A stretch of DNA of 64,000 nt from Tubiluchus corallicola (Eukaryota > Animalia > Priapulida), in the NCBI GenBank assembly GCA_030141605.1, contig JAQGDQ010000165.1, positions 398,189 to 462,188 on the forward strand, read 5' to 3'. Below, in pieces: positions 10,451 to 24,800 of the stretch. The stretch's first letter is position 1. Each line of letters opens with the position of its first letter. The position numbers and the translations under genes were made by a program. The notes below the pieces were generated by a model, which did no database searches, was not told where the DNA came from, and saw nothing but the letters and a program-made list of their open reading frames with translations.

Positions 10451-11734
10451 GAATTTTCAGCCAGATAATGAGGGTCTGTCACTTGTTCACCATTTAAAAA
10501 TTGAAAAATCTTTATAATAATGATTACTAAATTATCGTAATGATAATAATCATATCGTTAACCATTTTTAATCATTACTAGGTCAATTAAGACCTAGCAA
10601 AATGTAATTAAAATTCACAGATGGACACGTTTAAATAGTAGCCGAGCATAGTCGATATTGCCAATTTACCATTCTCATCTTCATCATCATCATCTTTTTC
10701 TTGTTCATCATCATCATAATTTTCACAATCATCATCATTATTCTCGAGAAATTTTTTTTAAAAAAATATCAAAGGTTTTGTCTCCTTGCATTACATTTTA
10801 ATGATGATCTTTTCTTTTATGTTGATTTAAGCATCTGAACATTTTGTTGACAGACTTTGATGCACGGATGTGCAGATACAAACATAGTTTTTATACTGAC
10901 TCTATGGTAATTGTAAGCATCTAGAAAAAAGATGATGCAGCCTGGAATACTTTGTTTTTTTCTAGAAACAGTCGAACCCGATCGCTTTCTGAACAGTGAA
11001 TATACAGTTTTCGTTTGTAGAATAACGTATGAATAAGGTATGAAAACATTTTTTTATTTATTTTTGTTTTCTTTGTTTATTTTTTATCTTCCGTTTTCTT
11101 TCTTTAATCTCTTCCATCCCTTTTACTGGTGACTTCTGTGATGTTCCTTTGCTTTTTGTGTTAGTATTCCATGTAAATAAATTCGAATTAAACCAACTAA
11201 AGTTACGTTGCTCGATGGTTTGATGTAAAGGTGATACTTATTGCCGAAGACTGCAATTCAAGGCAGTAATTTTGAGTTCAAGAAATGGGAATATTAATTT
11301 TGCTCTTATTTGCCTAAGTATTTTACCCTTTTTTCCAAGTTATAATAATAGTATTAGTTTGTATTTTAATGAATAAGACATTCTTGAACGACAGTATTAT
11401 TTGCTTTATTTTGGTAGGGAGATTTTAGACAGACATTTTATTTATCTTCTCATTTACACCAGAACACAAATAGACTATTATTGCTATAGTTATTAATTAA
11501 ACAGGATGAATGATGTATGAAGGAAAGAGTTTGTGGGGTGCAGGAGAAAGGGTAGCGAAAGACCAATTGGTCATCAAGTCAGCTACCCAAGTAAACATTT
11601 AAATAAAATGTTTACGTGTCTGATTATTTCATCTCAGTATCTGACTAGGCTTGTTCTGATATCGATCGTAGATTGGATTATTTTACAGTTTCGTTCATCT
11701 TCAATTGTTTCAATACAAAATGTCGTGATATATT

Positions 11735-12190
11735 GTGCACATTGAGAAAGTCGCTAACCAAAGGATTGGTCTAATCAAAAGTGCCACAGTATGCTGCAAA
11801 GCCAAAGTCTTCATTCTTTTGTACAAATCACTAGTTAGGCCTGTCTTAGAGTGCGCGGCTTCTGTTTGGTCTTCTCAGTTTTCTACTATCATCTATGCTT
11901 ACGGTTTTCCCAAGGATTTCGACTGGGACAGTGTTTCTACTTTAGAACAGCAAAGGGCAACAATTGACTTAGTTAATGCATATGAAGTAATAAATGAGAA
12001 CTGGCACATCAATCCAAATTCTTTTTTCTATCGCCCATACAGACAACTTGAAGGTCATGGTCATAAACTCTTTGTTCCATCTGTCATGTAAAATATTCAT
12101 TAACATTTCTTTATTAACAGAGTCGTTCTTCGTTGGAACAAACTGTATGACAATGTTGAAAGATCAGATTCCATAAACAAATTTAAATCA
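11735..12190 (+). mobile_element. Degraded CR1-like LINE 3' fragment
   Basis: LYKSLVRPVLECAASVWS ... LEGHGHKLF. Confidence 0.7.
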
Positions 12191-12267
12191 GCGGAGGTGT
12201 GCACCCTGTGCCATAATACTAGCTCACCTAATCTGTTTGAAGGTAAGTGTAACACTCTACTATAAGA

Positions 12268-12718
12268 CAGTCAACCTCGGGTTTAAGGTACTCGCTTATA
12301 AGGGACCACCAACTCCGGTCCCGATTTTTTGTAACGTTTTTTCTATGTAAAAGTCTTCGTATATAAGCTACTCGGATATAAGGGACAATATCTTCAGGTC
12401 AGGCGTAATAGAAACCCAGGTAAATCACCTCGCATATAAGGGACCCTATGATCAAAGCGAAATTGATCGATTTTTAACCTCAATTTTTCGCAAACTCGGC
12501 CTTTAAAAAGCTCGGTTTCTGCGGTCACATAATCTCGCATCACTGAAGTAGCTTCCTACATACCGTTTGCACTGAATGTGTAGTAACAATCCATAAAAAT
12601 ATGGGTAAAAGTACAGAAATGTACAGGTCTAGATACACCCTCGGGCTATAAGGGACATCGGATATAAGGGATGGTTTTTTCCGGTCCCGAGGCTATCCCT
12701 TATATCCGGGGTTGACTG
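12268..12718. mobile_element. Tc1/mariner (Tigger/pogo-like) MITE
   Basis: Terminal inverted repeats cagtcaacctcgg / ccggggttgactg, followed by TA on the right, with internal repeated tataagggac motifs. Confidence 0.8.
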
Positions 12719-12766
12719 TACATGACATTGTAATTGCTGTTTAACGTTTAGGCTTCAAGGAACATC

Positions 12767-12856
12767 ATGAAGATTGCTGTAGAAGGATGTTGCCATGGAG
12801 AATTAGACAAAATTTACGAGACGGTGAAATACATAGAACAGCAAGATCAAATAAAG
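12767..12856 (+). CDS. DBR1: DBR1 coding exon 1 ([30 protein letters not shown])
   Basis: ATG at 12767 and donor gtgaaa at 12857. An upstream acceptor-like tttag ending at 12751 suggests a 5' UTR intron. Confidence 0.93.
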
Positions 12857-15800
12857 GTGAAATGATTTTGTGACTTAAACTTTATTTATTTCATGTTTTG
12901 GTGGTTATACTTTTTGAATAGTTCTTTACTTTAGTTGTTTTTGATTTGACTTTATTTAAGCTGGAACAATGTTAAAATGCATGAAAGTCCCACATAGAAT
13001 CGGGCCCCACTGGGACGAACGGGGGGTGAAAAACTTCCAAAAATTGCCATTTTTCAGCCGTTTTTGCAAAACGTTACCTCTTATTTCTGAAGAACGGGGG
13101 TGGTGCTGGGTATGGATAGATAGCCCGTTCAGCGGTGGGTGTAGTATGCATATTTAGAATATGCGAGAGGACCACGGCGTCCCGCAACGGGCATTTTCCC
13201 CGGACCCAACTCGCGATTTTTTCGAAATTTTGACCAAACAGCCTGCAGAAAAAACGTTCTAACGGCGCCTGGTGGGACTTTCGTAAGGAGATATATAGGT
13301 CTTTAGAAAGAGCAAGAACAGGGCTACACGATGGTGTGGGCTGCATTTTAGGACACGTCCACCAAAAGGAGTACCGACGAGTTAATTAGATGTTCTATTT
13401 TTGGCAATTTTCGCTTAGAAAACTGCTGATGCAATGCCATTGTTCTGACGTCATCCATTGTACTCTGTCTATAACCTTATCACTTTAATTCAGTAAAAGC
13501 TGCTGCTGCTGGCTTTGCATTAGATAAACAAACGGACACTAGGTAGAATGTTTGCGCAATTTTGATTATAAGTGTATTTATACGCAATTTTTTTGCAGGG
13601 CCTTTGCTATCAATTAATTAATTTATAATACGTTTACATATATCACTTGCTGACAGTAAACTTGATACCTGCGCCTGAAATCAAATAGGCCTCTCATTTT
13701 TGGGCTTTATGTAGAGTTACGCCTGTATAATTTATAACGTTGTAACATGTTATTTCTCTTTCTCTCATTCACTAACTCTTTCAATCAGCAAGCTATTGAT
13801 AGACATTTTTCCAAATTTATATAACAGTCGTTAGAATAATGTAGATATCTGTTTTCAGAAAAAAAGGCCAAAGACGTAATGACAAGTGAATCTCCAAAAT
13901 ATATGCAGAGCATTTCTTACAGTGGCCACTAATTCATTTACAGATCAGACTCATTGACACTTATTTACCTATAGACAAGCGCATACAGTGACCACTGAGC
14001 TATTCGTCTTCTCTAACGTGTTACAAATCTGTTTCTTATCTTACTAACTTTCCATAGTGCTAAATGTAGCAAAAAGTGCTATTCAGGCTATGTTTATATA
14101 TGATCAATTGCAATGCTTTGACCCTATAATAAACTACTGTACAGTGCCGTAAGACTTACCTGTCTTTGTCATAAAATAAATGTTCATTTCTCATTCTGGC
14201 TAACTCTTATCTTTGATAAACATTACGATGAAAAACATGCCATAAACACATTGACCCTTGCACCTTGCTATGGTATAGAATAGTTATTTCGTCAACATGT
14301 TATCACAGATAGCTTAGGGTGAATACACGTCTTCAAGAATTTGATCTGTTACCAAGCAGAACACATTTTCTAACATATAGTTGAATAAGCAAATAATATT
14401 ACTCTTAGCAAAACAGTGTCATCATGTATAATCGTGACCAAAGACTACAAGACAGAACTCGCGGTGAAACAGAGCTTACAAAAGCCATTGCAGCTGGTGA
14501 TTATAATAAAGCAATGAAGGAAATTAGCGCTCACAGAAATGAGGAATACTTGAACGAAGGACCAGACCACTACTCCCCACTTTACATGATTCTTGGAAGT
14601 GGTCGTGAAAAGATAATTCATCTTCCTTTGGCAAAGAGTTTAGTTGAACATGGAGCAAACTTAAACCTGCAACTTGACATGATATCTGGTGATACTCCAT
14701 TCAACGCGCTGCTTTTCTTATATCTAAGATGGGAATTGTACCATGTTCGTTATTCAGTTCCCATTATTGGATTAGACTGGCAACAAATTCATCAAGAAGA
14801 AATATATAAAGAACAAATAGAAACGCTCATTCGGCTCTTCATCAGCTATGGGGCCGATGTTAATGCAACTTATAGAGGTGCCCCTATTATTCACGCTCTT
14901 GTATATGAAATTCCATGTGAGACAAAGCTGTTGCGGTTACTATGTGAAGCGGGTGCAGACGTCAATGTAAAAGGCCATGTTTATTTACTTTTACCGTGTT
15001 TACCTCTTGTTGTAAGCTATTGTGTTCCTCTGCATTTAAGCATGTGTCACGCAGATTTTACAACAGCAAGAGAATTGATCCACTATGGTGCAAAGACAGG
15101 AATTAGAGCAACTTTAGAATTATCAATTTAGCGGGAGAAGGATGGAATTTTCTCCTCTCATGTTCTTCCTCATCAGGCAAGGACTTCTCTCATATTATGA
15201 TCAAAATCAGAAATACAAAGAGAAATATAATCACTTATCTTCACTAGTAGACAATGGTTTCTTTGACGATTCAAGCATTGAAAATGAACTTAAGGAACAA
15301 TTAAAGTACTTTCCAGAGTTTAGAATCTGTGCGGATATCCAAAATCTAGTTGGAAAACTGTATGGTTGTGCTACTAGTGACTTGAAGCAACTGTGTGTTA
15401 GAGAACTGGCAAAGAAAATTAGCTTTGATGATACATCTGCCTCTAAACTACAGCAACTAGTTGTAGACTTACATTTGCCTACTATTCTTTTAGATAGGCT
15501 TTATTTGGAAGCTTTCAAGTATCAAATGCCCTCTAATCTTGTTAAAAAGTTGTAAAAATGTTTGATATAGCAATTTCAAAAAAAGACGTTCATAAACGAA
15601 TTTGTCTCGACAATGAGTAAAATTCTCAAAACTCATGAACCATGTATAGTAATTTCTGTAGGATTCGTGAATGATTTAATTTGCCGCAGGTAGAATTTTG
15701 CGTAGATTGTAAGTTGTGGAGAGTGTGAATTTAAAAAATAAAATGGGTTGTGTATCCATTGCGTAGTACATAATTATGACAACAAATATTATTTAATTTT

Positions 15801-18800
15801 ATATAATTATATAGCACAACTCTTGCGTAATATTAGAATGGCGAGCATAACCATTAGCCTGTGTTTATTCCAGAATACCATTTTCTAGTATGTCAGTTAA
15901 CACATTGTTACCAGATATAACATATATCTTCACTATACCAGACGATTTTGTAGAATAATATATACACTGTACCTGGATTTTTATAATAAGTTGCATGGAT
16001 GCTGAAATAAAAAATTATTTTATGCACTACTACATGGATTCAGATTATAAACTACTTATTTGGTAATTTATGCTTTAATTGTACAGTAAAATAATAATGA
16101 AAAAACTCTGCTGATAATGTTCGTGTGGAGACATAAATTACATACTTTTACTTTGTTACAATAACTGTAGTCATGGTATGGCCTGCATGTTGAGTCAAAT
16201 ATATCTGAATAAGCACTGATTTTATTTTTTTTTGTGATAATAAATCTTTATTCATAAAATAAATAACATATGTACAAAAGAGTGCTTCTTTTCGTTTACC
16301 ATTGCATCATAAACTATATCGTCAAACAAGGAAAGTTGTTTTACCTAACCATGCAATAACACCATACAGTGTAATCGGCAAAATGGCAGTTTTATAAAAA
16401 AAAATTTGCAGTCGCAGTAATCATCATATCTCTGCATTTACTAAAGAAATTTTATTTTAATTTCAGCCATCTGCTCAAACTTTTTATGTACATTAACAAG
16501 AACTGAAAACAAAAAATAATAAAGTTGGATACCAAAATCTAAACAAAACAATACAATTATTCAGTAATTAGGATTATTATATGTAGTAGTTTCGAATGGG
16601 GTCTTATTAACAGGGAATTTGACCAAGGTTAGTGAGTAAAGTTAAAAACTGAGAGTATGGAAAGAAAAAAATAAGCATCAAAAAAGTGTAATATAGAAAA
16701 ATTTATGAGAAAAAGTAAGTATGAGAAAGAGCAACAGTTACTTAAGAGATGAGGAGAAAAAAGAAAAGAAAGAAAAACTTGCTAGCTTGTTTAATAGTCT
16801 TACAAATTATGTTCTACAGGTATGTTCATTTAGTAAGATTTTTGTGTATTTTTTGTAAGCATTTTTGAATCTGAATTCAAATTCAGTTTTAAGGCTTTTT
16901 TGGTGACTTTTGAATCATGAACAAAAGGCATTCACGATATGATGGTGCACATACTTTCACTTTGTTCCATAGTAAAACACTAACAATTTGTTTAAAAATT
17001 GTGCACAGACAGAAATGGCAGGTAAATTGTGCTAATTGCATGCTGATTCTAACATTTTAATGATAAAAAATGCATGTAGTTGAAGTACTGAATTACTAAA
17101 ATCCATAATTCTAGGTTCTTCGAACTAAAAAAACTCATTCGAACAGTTGACACTAATTTGAATGGTGCTCACCCTTGATAGTGGCCATTGGTGTGTCACT
17201 ATTATTGATCGTTCTTTTAATACACTGAATTCAGCGTCCATTACTACCGCTGGCATCCTTCTGTCTCGGAAGACAAATGGAATGTGCGCCAAGAGAGTCC
17301 GATCCTTGAACGTCTCCAGGGCGCATGCCTGGGCAAGGTGTATGGAGATTCTGAGTTGCCCAGACAACATGAACCCCCTCTCTTCCTCCCTGGTGTAGTC
17401 CAAAGGAACATGGAGCGATACGTTTGGCACCAGGTTGGCTGCAGGAGCTGCCGGAGTCAGTGAGCATGCTGCGCTGGTCCACCTTCGGGGCTCCACTCCT
17501 GATTTGGAAGGTTTACTCCTCTACACATGGCCATTGGGTCACTTGACCTCTTCCACCCTCTAGCCGTTGACTGTTTGTACAGCTCCTCCGCCTAGTGTCG
17601 AGATACAGTGTAGGCATCCCGCATGCCTACAGCACCTGGTATTCCTAGGCGGTCCCCCATCCAAGCAGTAACCAGGCTCTACGTTGCTTAACTTCGGTGA
17701 TCAGACGACAACCGGTGTTTTCAACGTGATTTGGCCGTAGTTATATAATACATACTAGTCTTTTATAGTCATTAATGTTTTAAATAATATGAATGCCCTT
17801 AAAAATGCTTCAGAATTTGTTAAGTCTATTTGATGCCGACAGGTGTCAGTATGAGTCGAGGGCGTTTGCCATGATTTTGTGAATCAATAAAGTGTCATTG
17901 TCTGTTCAATAAGCTTTTTCTATGCTGTGTCCTTAGCAGTTTCCATGGTAACAGAGAGTAGTTTCCCGCGATCTTAAAAATTTACCAGTTATCAATTATT
18001 TCAGGCGGCACTTATGTTGTCGGCCAAACTACTCTCTGTTACCATGGAAACTGCTAAGAACACAAAGCTTATTGAGGAGACAATGATAACACTTTGATAC
18101 ATAAACTCATAAAATCATGAGTTTTCATTATAATGTTAGATTGACTTGTTGTTGTGCTGCGGTGACTTCCAAGCTGTGAGAAATCGTTCAGATTTGACAA
18201 GTTTAGCTGCTCCTGCAAAGTACCAACTATTAAACACGTTTTACAAGTAAGTAGTATTCTGTTTAATATTTCACTATGTACAGTATGTGAACGGCAGCCG
18301 TGATTTGAAAATTCATCTTATAAGTACACTTTATTTTTTCAAAAGTTTTAAGCAGGGGTGTGCAAATTATCTGACTAGCCGGGCCACATTAAACTCTTCC
18401 GCAATTCCTGTGGGCCAGAGGCAGTTTGGTCAAGGAGCCAAGTACAGAACGGCCTAATAACGATTTTTTTGCATCCAACCTGCGTACATCATTACTACTA
18501 CACTCAAGAAACTATTTTAGAAGTTATTAAAATTTATATTACAAACCATATATTTCTACTTTCAGGACAGATAGTGGTAATTTCATTACAATGCATATTA
18601 GTAATGTGTATCACACAGTCTGTGTAGCTGTGACATTAAGCTACAACCGTCTTGTAAGTGTTAATGGCATCCGATCTAGTAGAAAAAACTACCCGCTCTA
18701 TCTTTGGGATCGTGGCACGGACTTCACCTGGATACACTCAATTAATCGCCCGGGCCGCACTTTCATTAGGTTGACAAATCTCTTCGCGGGCCGCACAAAT

Positions 18801-21800
18801 TCCCTTGGCGGGCCGCAAGTGGCCCGTGGGCAGCTGTTAAACTTTCAAAGCTACTCGCGGCTCAGCGAATCCATTAAGACTGGCACAGGTGCCTTTTTGT
18901 CACATTTTTGTGGCCGAGAAATAGGCGTAGTACCGTGATAAGCATAATCATGGACTACACTGTTCATCTGTGACATCAGTGTGAAGTAGTACTCATTTTC
19001 GTGACATCACGTCAGCGTGTTATAGAAACCTTTGCTTACGCAGACATGCAGGGAAGATATCTACCATTTTACAAACTGTGGTTAGTTTGTGATGTAAGCA
19101 ATAGCTGTGTTCGGTTGCCATTAATTACTTTCCTAGGTAATTATGCAAATATTAGTAACAATTGCCAACTTTTATAGGCAAGATAATGTATATTTTGGAC
19201 AGTAAACTAAAATGAGATTGAGTCTAAACAATCGTTCAGTTTTCCTTTAAGATTTGGACAATTTTCTCAAGAGGCTTTGCATTTGTGAAGCAAAGAGTCT
19301 CATCTTTTCTTTGTGATTTTAATTATTATTTTGATGGGCCTTTTCAACTTTTTGAAATTCATTAATTAACTTACTTAACAGGTTATCCTGCTTGCACGTG
19401 TTTAATAATCAAAATGAAACATTTACAGGTATTACTCAGGTGAGAAGACCGCACCTGTACTGACAATATTTGTAGGAGGAAATCACGAGGCATCGAATTA
19501 CTTAGCGGAACTACCTTATGGAGGTTGGGTCGCCCCGAACATCTACTACATGGGTACAAATATCTAAAAATATTTGAATTTTTAAATAAATACGTGGCCA
19601 AACTGGCCATATATATTAATTTTGTGCCACATGTTATTTAGTACCAAATATATTATGTTTCTTACAAAGAGTTAATATTTTTATTCTAGTCGACACCTCA
19701 AAACTAAGTGTATGGTTAGACATGCTTTCATGGAATAATTGTATTTTGCACTGCACATATCTAGTAGCTACAGTTTGTTTTTATTAGCTAAATTATAGAG
19801 CGCAGCCTGATAAACTTTAGTTTCTAAACTCAGTAATGTCAACCAGCTTTTATGCTAAACTTAAATTTTGTAAAAAATTGTTTAGTTATTAATTTCTTAA
19901 GCCGATACTAAGATAGTTATAATAATAGTAGTACTATTATTACTTAATAGTACTACTATTACTTAATAGTACTATTATTACTTAATAGTACTATTATTAC
20001 TTAATAGTACTATTATTACTTAATAGTACTATTATTATTATTATCTTTATTTAAAGTTGGCTTTTTGGATGAACAATTAACACGTGGAAGTTGGAATTGT
20101 ACATTGTAGTTAGGTGCTGCCATCTATGTGCTAATCTTGTTACATTCTACCAGCTGATTTACCTTCAGTATAATTGTATGGTCCAGTGAGTACATACACA
20201 CTGGTCCTCTCCCTATCTAACATTAATGGTTGTTGTGAAGCCTGTGCAACTCTGCATATGTCAAGTTTATTGTACATTGTAGTTAGGTGCTGCCATCTAT
20301 GTGCTAATCTTGTTACATTCTACCAGCTGACTTACCTTCAGTATAATTGTATGGTCCAGTGAGTACATACACGCTGGTCCTCTCCCTATTTAAAATTAAT
20401 GGTTCTTGTGAAGCCTGTGCAACTCTGCATAGTTCAAGTTCTACACCTGAATACCTGGCTGTGAAACAGGTTTTACTGACTGTTTTTGCTTTCTAGTTTT
20501 TGCTCAATGTTCAGTGCAGCAGTTTTCTATAGTTTAATAAACACTTTTCTGTTGTGTGCAGTGCAAATATTATTATAGATTTTAGGTTCCTATCCATACT
20601 TCTCTGTGTCTAAACTCAATCATAACAAAGTGACTGAACAACAATTTCAAAAATGACTTTCACAACACAAGCTCCAAAGAGGTTTTGTCCCGACTGTAAA
20701 TAACAATCTACAACTACATAACAGTAGGGGTGAACATCGAATGTTCGAATTCGATTCGAACGAGTTTTTTTATTCGAATTCGTTTCGAACCTAAAATTAT
20801 AGATTCGAAAAATTCAGCACTATACGCACATGCGTTTTTTATCATTAAAATGTTTGAAGCAGCGTGCAATTAGCGCAGTTTAGCTGCAGTTTCTGTGCAA
20901 AATTTTTAACAGACTAATAATGGCTTTACTGCTGAACAAAGTCAAGCAATATGCACGATCTTTGTAAGAGTTAGTTTTTATTAATGGTTCGAAAACTTGT
21001 TCCCAAACCTTTCAGACGTAATTCGAATTCGATTTGCATTCGAAATACCAAAATTCGGTTCAATTCGAATTCGAAAGTCACAAATTCGATGCGAATTCGC
21101 TTTTTGGTCACCCCTACATAACAGAGACTATTATTACCCCACTTTTGCCCTAAATACCACGTGCCAGGCAGGGCAATAGGTGGTATCCTTTAAAATGTTA
21201 AATTTTCTGGTATTACCCAGCTGCTGTATCGAACTCACGACCTCTCAGATGGAAAATGGACTACTATAAACCGTCTGGCATAACTGTTCAATTATTCATT
21301 GTTCAATGTTCATATTCGGATATTCATTCTGTTGCCTTTGTTTTGTTTAAGACACTGGTTATCAAATTCGTTTCATTTCCTAGTAATGAATTTTTTTCAA
21401 AATTGTCTAGCTATGTGTGAAGAATATGAAAGAATATATAAGCATATTTTTATGCTATCTTCTTGCAACAATATCTTTCTAAATCACATATTTTTTCATA
21501 ATTTCGCGTAATAAGCCCTTTTGCAGTTTCGATATGCGCATGCGCCGTTGCTGTAGGTCAAAGGTCAAGTGTACCGTAGCAATGCGTCTAACTACAACTG
21601 TCACGTGACGTGTGTAAAGCAAAGCTGTCTACCGCATCAGTTCAGTAACTTTATTTGTTTTACTTGGGCTTTACTTAATTATACATTAGTGTGTGCATAG
21701 GATGATTTACTAGTATGTTCTTGCTTGGGAACAAGAAATAATGAAGGTTTTAGCTAGCTGTTAAAACTGTTGCCATTACAATAGCATGGGCTGCGAAGCG

Positions 21801-24800
21801 TTGTCAAGTGTACGCAAATGCGTTGTCTGGCACACTTAATCTTTGACCTTTTCACGATCATCATCAATCGCTGGAACTGCGAAAAGGCTTATTTAGTAAG
21901 TGTTAATTGTTTTGTTTAGGATATGCGGGAGTAATTAACTATGGTGGACTTCGCATAGCCGGCTTGTCGGGTATTTATAAAGGTCCAGATTACTTGAAAG
22001 GTCATTTTGAGAAACCTCCATATTCGGAAGACACAAAAAGAAGTGTGTATCATATCCGTAACCTTGAAGTGTTTCGACTCAAACAGGTAAAACTCAAACA
22101 GTATAACATAAAAGCCACTTCTCTACAAAGTGACTTAAAATAAAAGCCTTAAAGGAAGGAACAAGTTATTCAGTATGTTGGGTTTATTTTACTGTTATCA
22201 CTTAAACTGTTTGTGGTGTGCTAAAGGAAAGAACAAGTCATTCAGTATGTTGGGTTTATTTTACTGTTATCACTTAAACTGTTTGTGGTGTGCTAAAGGA
22301 AAGGACAAGTCACTCAGTATGTTGGGTTTATTTTACTGTTATCACTTAAACTGTTTGTGGTGTGCTAAAGGAAAGAACAAGTCATTCAGTATGTTGGGTT
22401 AGTCTACTGTTATCACTTAAACTGTTTGTGGTGTGCTAAAGGAAAGAACAAGTCACTCAGTATGTTGGGTTTATTTTACTGTTATCACTTAAACTGTTTG
22501 TGGTGTGCTAAAGGAAAGAACAAGTCACTCAGCATGTTGGGTTTATTTTACTGTTATCACTTAAACTGTTTCTGGTGTGCTAAAGGAAGGAACAAGTCAT
22601 TCTGTATGGTGGGTTTATTTTACTGTTATCACTTAAACTGTTTATGGTGTGCTAAAGGAAAGAACAAGTCACTCAGCATGTTGGGTTTATTTTACTGTTA
22701 TCACTTAAACTGTTTCTGGTGTGCTAAAGGAAGGAACAAGTCATTCTGTATGGTGGGTTTATTTTACTGTTATCACTTAAACTGTTTGTGGTGTGCTAAA
22801 GGAAAGGACAAGTCACTCAGCATGTTGGGTTTATTTTACTGTTATCACTTAAACTGTTTGTGGTGTGCTAAAGGAAAGGACAAGTCATTCAGTATGTTGG
22901 GTTTATTTTACTGTTTTCACTTAAACTGTTTGTGGTGTGCTAAAGGAAAGGACAAGTCATTCAGTATGTTGGGTTTATTTTGCTGTTATCACTCAAACTT
23001 AGAAAAATAGAACGAAGAAATTTGTAAAAAACCATGTATAGAACCATGTATATTCTACCTCTGAATAGAAATTTTTAAGCCTCGTGGTTGCCGCCATTCA
23101 CTTGAAAATCATGACATAACTGGGAGACTTCGTGAGTTTTCCCGAGCGCATCCTGGCTTTCCGTAAATGCGCCCTGCTTAAACTAATTCAAACTTCTACA
23201 GCCTACCTAATGTTCATGCAAAAATATTACAAAATTATCTATCTATTTTTAGTAAAAACTTATTATACTTTTGACAAAGATTGACAGTGCACTACTTTTC
23301 TTCAAGACGAATGACGTCACTGGAAGAAGAATGGGTATTGAAAATGGGAGCGTCCAAGCATGAAATGATCGAGACTTTAAAGTGATTTTACTAATTACAC
23401 GAGACGCTTATTGCAGTTTTATTACTAAATCCTTCTAAAATTTTTTGTGAACATTGAAATAAGCCTTACCTCCTAGAATGCTTGACTTCTCCTTTAAAAG
23501 TTTCCAAGTTGCGAAGTATAATATTAGTTTTTGGCATTCTTTGCATTTTGCTCACTGCTTATGGATATTTTCTCGCTTTAGTTAAAAAAATAAAACGTCT
23601 TTAAATCTTCATATTTTTGATGAAAATTGTGCAATTAGTAAGTTAATGATATCCAGAATTAAGATCTCTGTTGGCTTGTTGTATCGTATATAATTAGTGC
23701 CACCTGCTGGAAAATAGTTATAAGTTTATTTATTTCCACTCTGCATCTAACAGTTATAATAAAAATACAGATAATTTCACTGAAGTAAATATAAATATAA
23801 ATGCAATATAATCCAGAAATTACAAAAGAATTACAGAATAATTTTGATGCATACAGTTTGAGCCTAAAAGCATAGCTTGACAGGCCAAACTGTACGTGGA
23901 AATCTTAAATAAGTGATTAATAATTGAAATAATGATAATATATACATAAAAAGTTGGGGGGGGGAGTAGTGAATGAAAAATGAAATGGAGCGAGAACTAA
24001 GAAAAACTGTGTCTCCTCTATTCCTCTCACAATAAGCGGCTCTTGGCATTTTATACTGTGTAGATATTTTCAAGGTCGCCAGCAGGCGGAAGCACTGAAG
24101 CACGTACAGCCAGAGAATTTCTTAAATTATAAATTTTTTTTGTAGGTAAATAAAAAATTTTTAGCAATAAACCAAGAAACGCATCAATCCTTGTTTCTCT
24201 GGGCAATGATGAGTTTTAAACTAGTGAACTTGCCTTAAGAAACAGCTTCTAGCAACCGCATAATGGTCTAAAATGCAGTAAAATACACGTGTGGCCGAGA
24301 CGTTCTGTCGTTTAGCTGTGTCTGGTGGGAAAAATTAGCACGCATGCAACTTTTGTATGGACAGTGGTCAGTGGGTGGACTGTAAACTGAACAGTCTCAA
24401 ATCAGTTTTACGTTTGACTGTCCACATTTTGCTGGATAGATAATCTTGACACTAAATAAATTAAGCTTAACTAATGGGTCATCCGCATTGCAGTATATTA
24501 CGAACTTGCTTTTAACATATATGAATACTACAATAGAATACAATGAATATTACCTGGGTAAATGTAGGTAAAATGTATTTATTAAAGCAGAATTTTTCAT
24601 GTTTAAGGAAGTCTGTGTACCAGAATTTAGATCTCATTTGAGGCCTCCAAATTGTGCTTAAATACAGGAAAATTCCTTGTTGGCCGGGGTTCCTCCCTGG
24701 TGCCCGCTGGGGGAGTTTACAGACCCCCCAGACCTCCTAGCTGCTTGTGTGTCAGGTTTTTTAAACTCTGCCGGCGCCCTTGGATATTTTATTTTGTATG

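Noticed and set aside
17125-17496. Repeated short ORFs (17125, 48460-48777, 52939-53427) as a small protein family
   Set aside because: They are translations of the SINE body, and the frames are not conserved between copies.
17625-17741. Functional 5S rRNA genes (also 48855-48972 and ~53433-53550)
   Set aside because: The copies are diverged, lack the oligo-T terminator and continue into a shared SINE body, with a tail and TSD in copy 3.
22175-23010. Cys-rich repeat proteins (also 26060-26724)
   Set aside because: Translations of intronic minisatellites.
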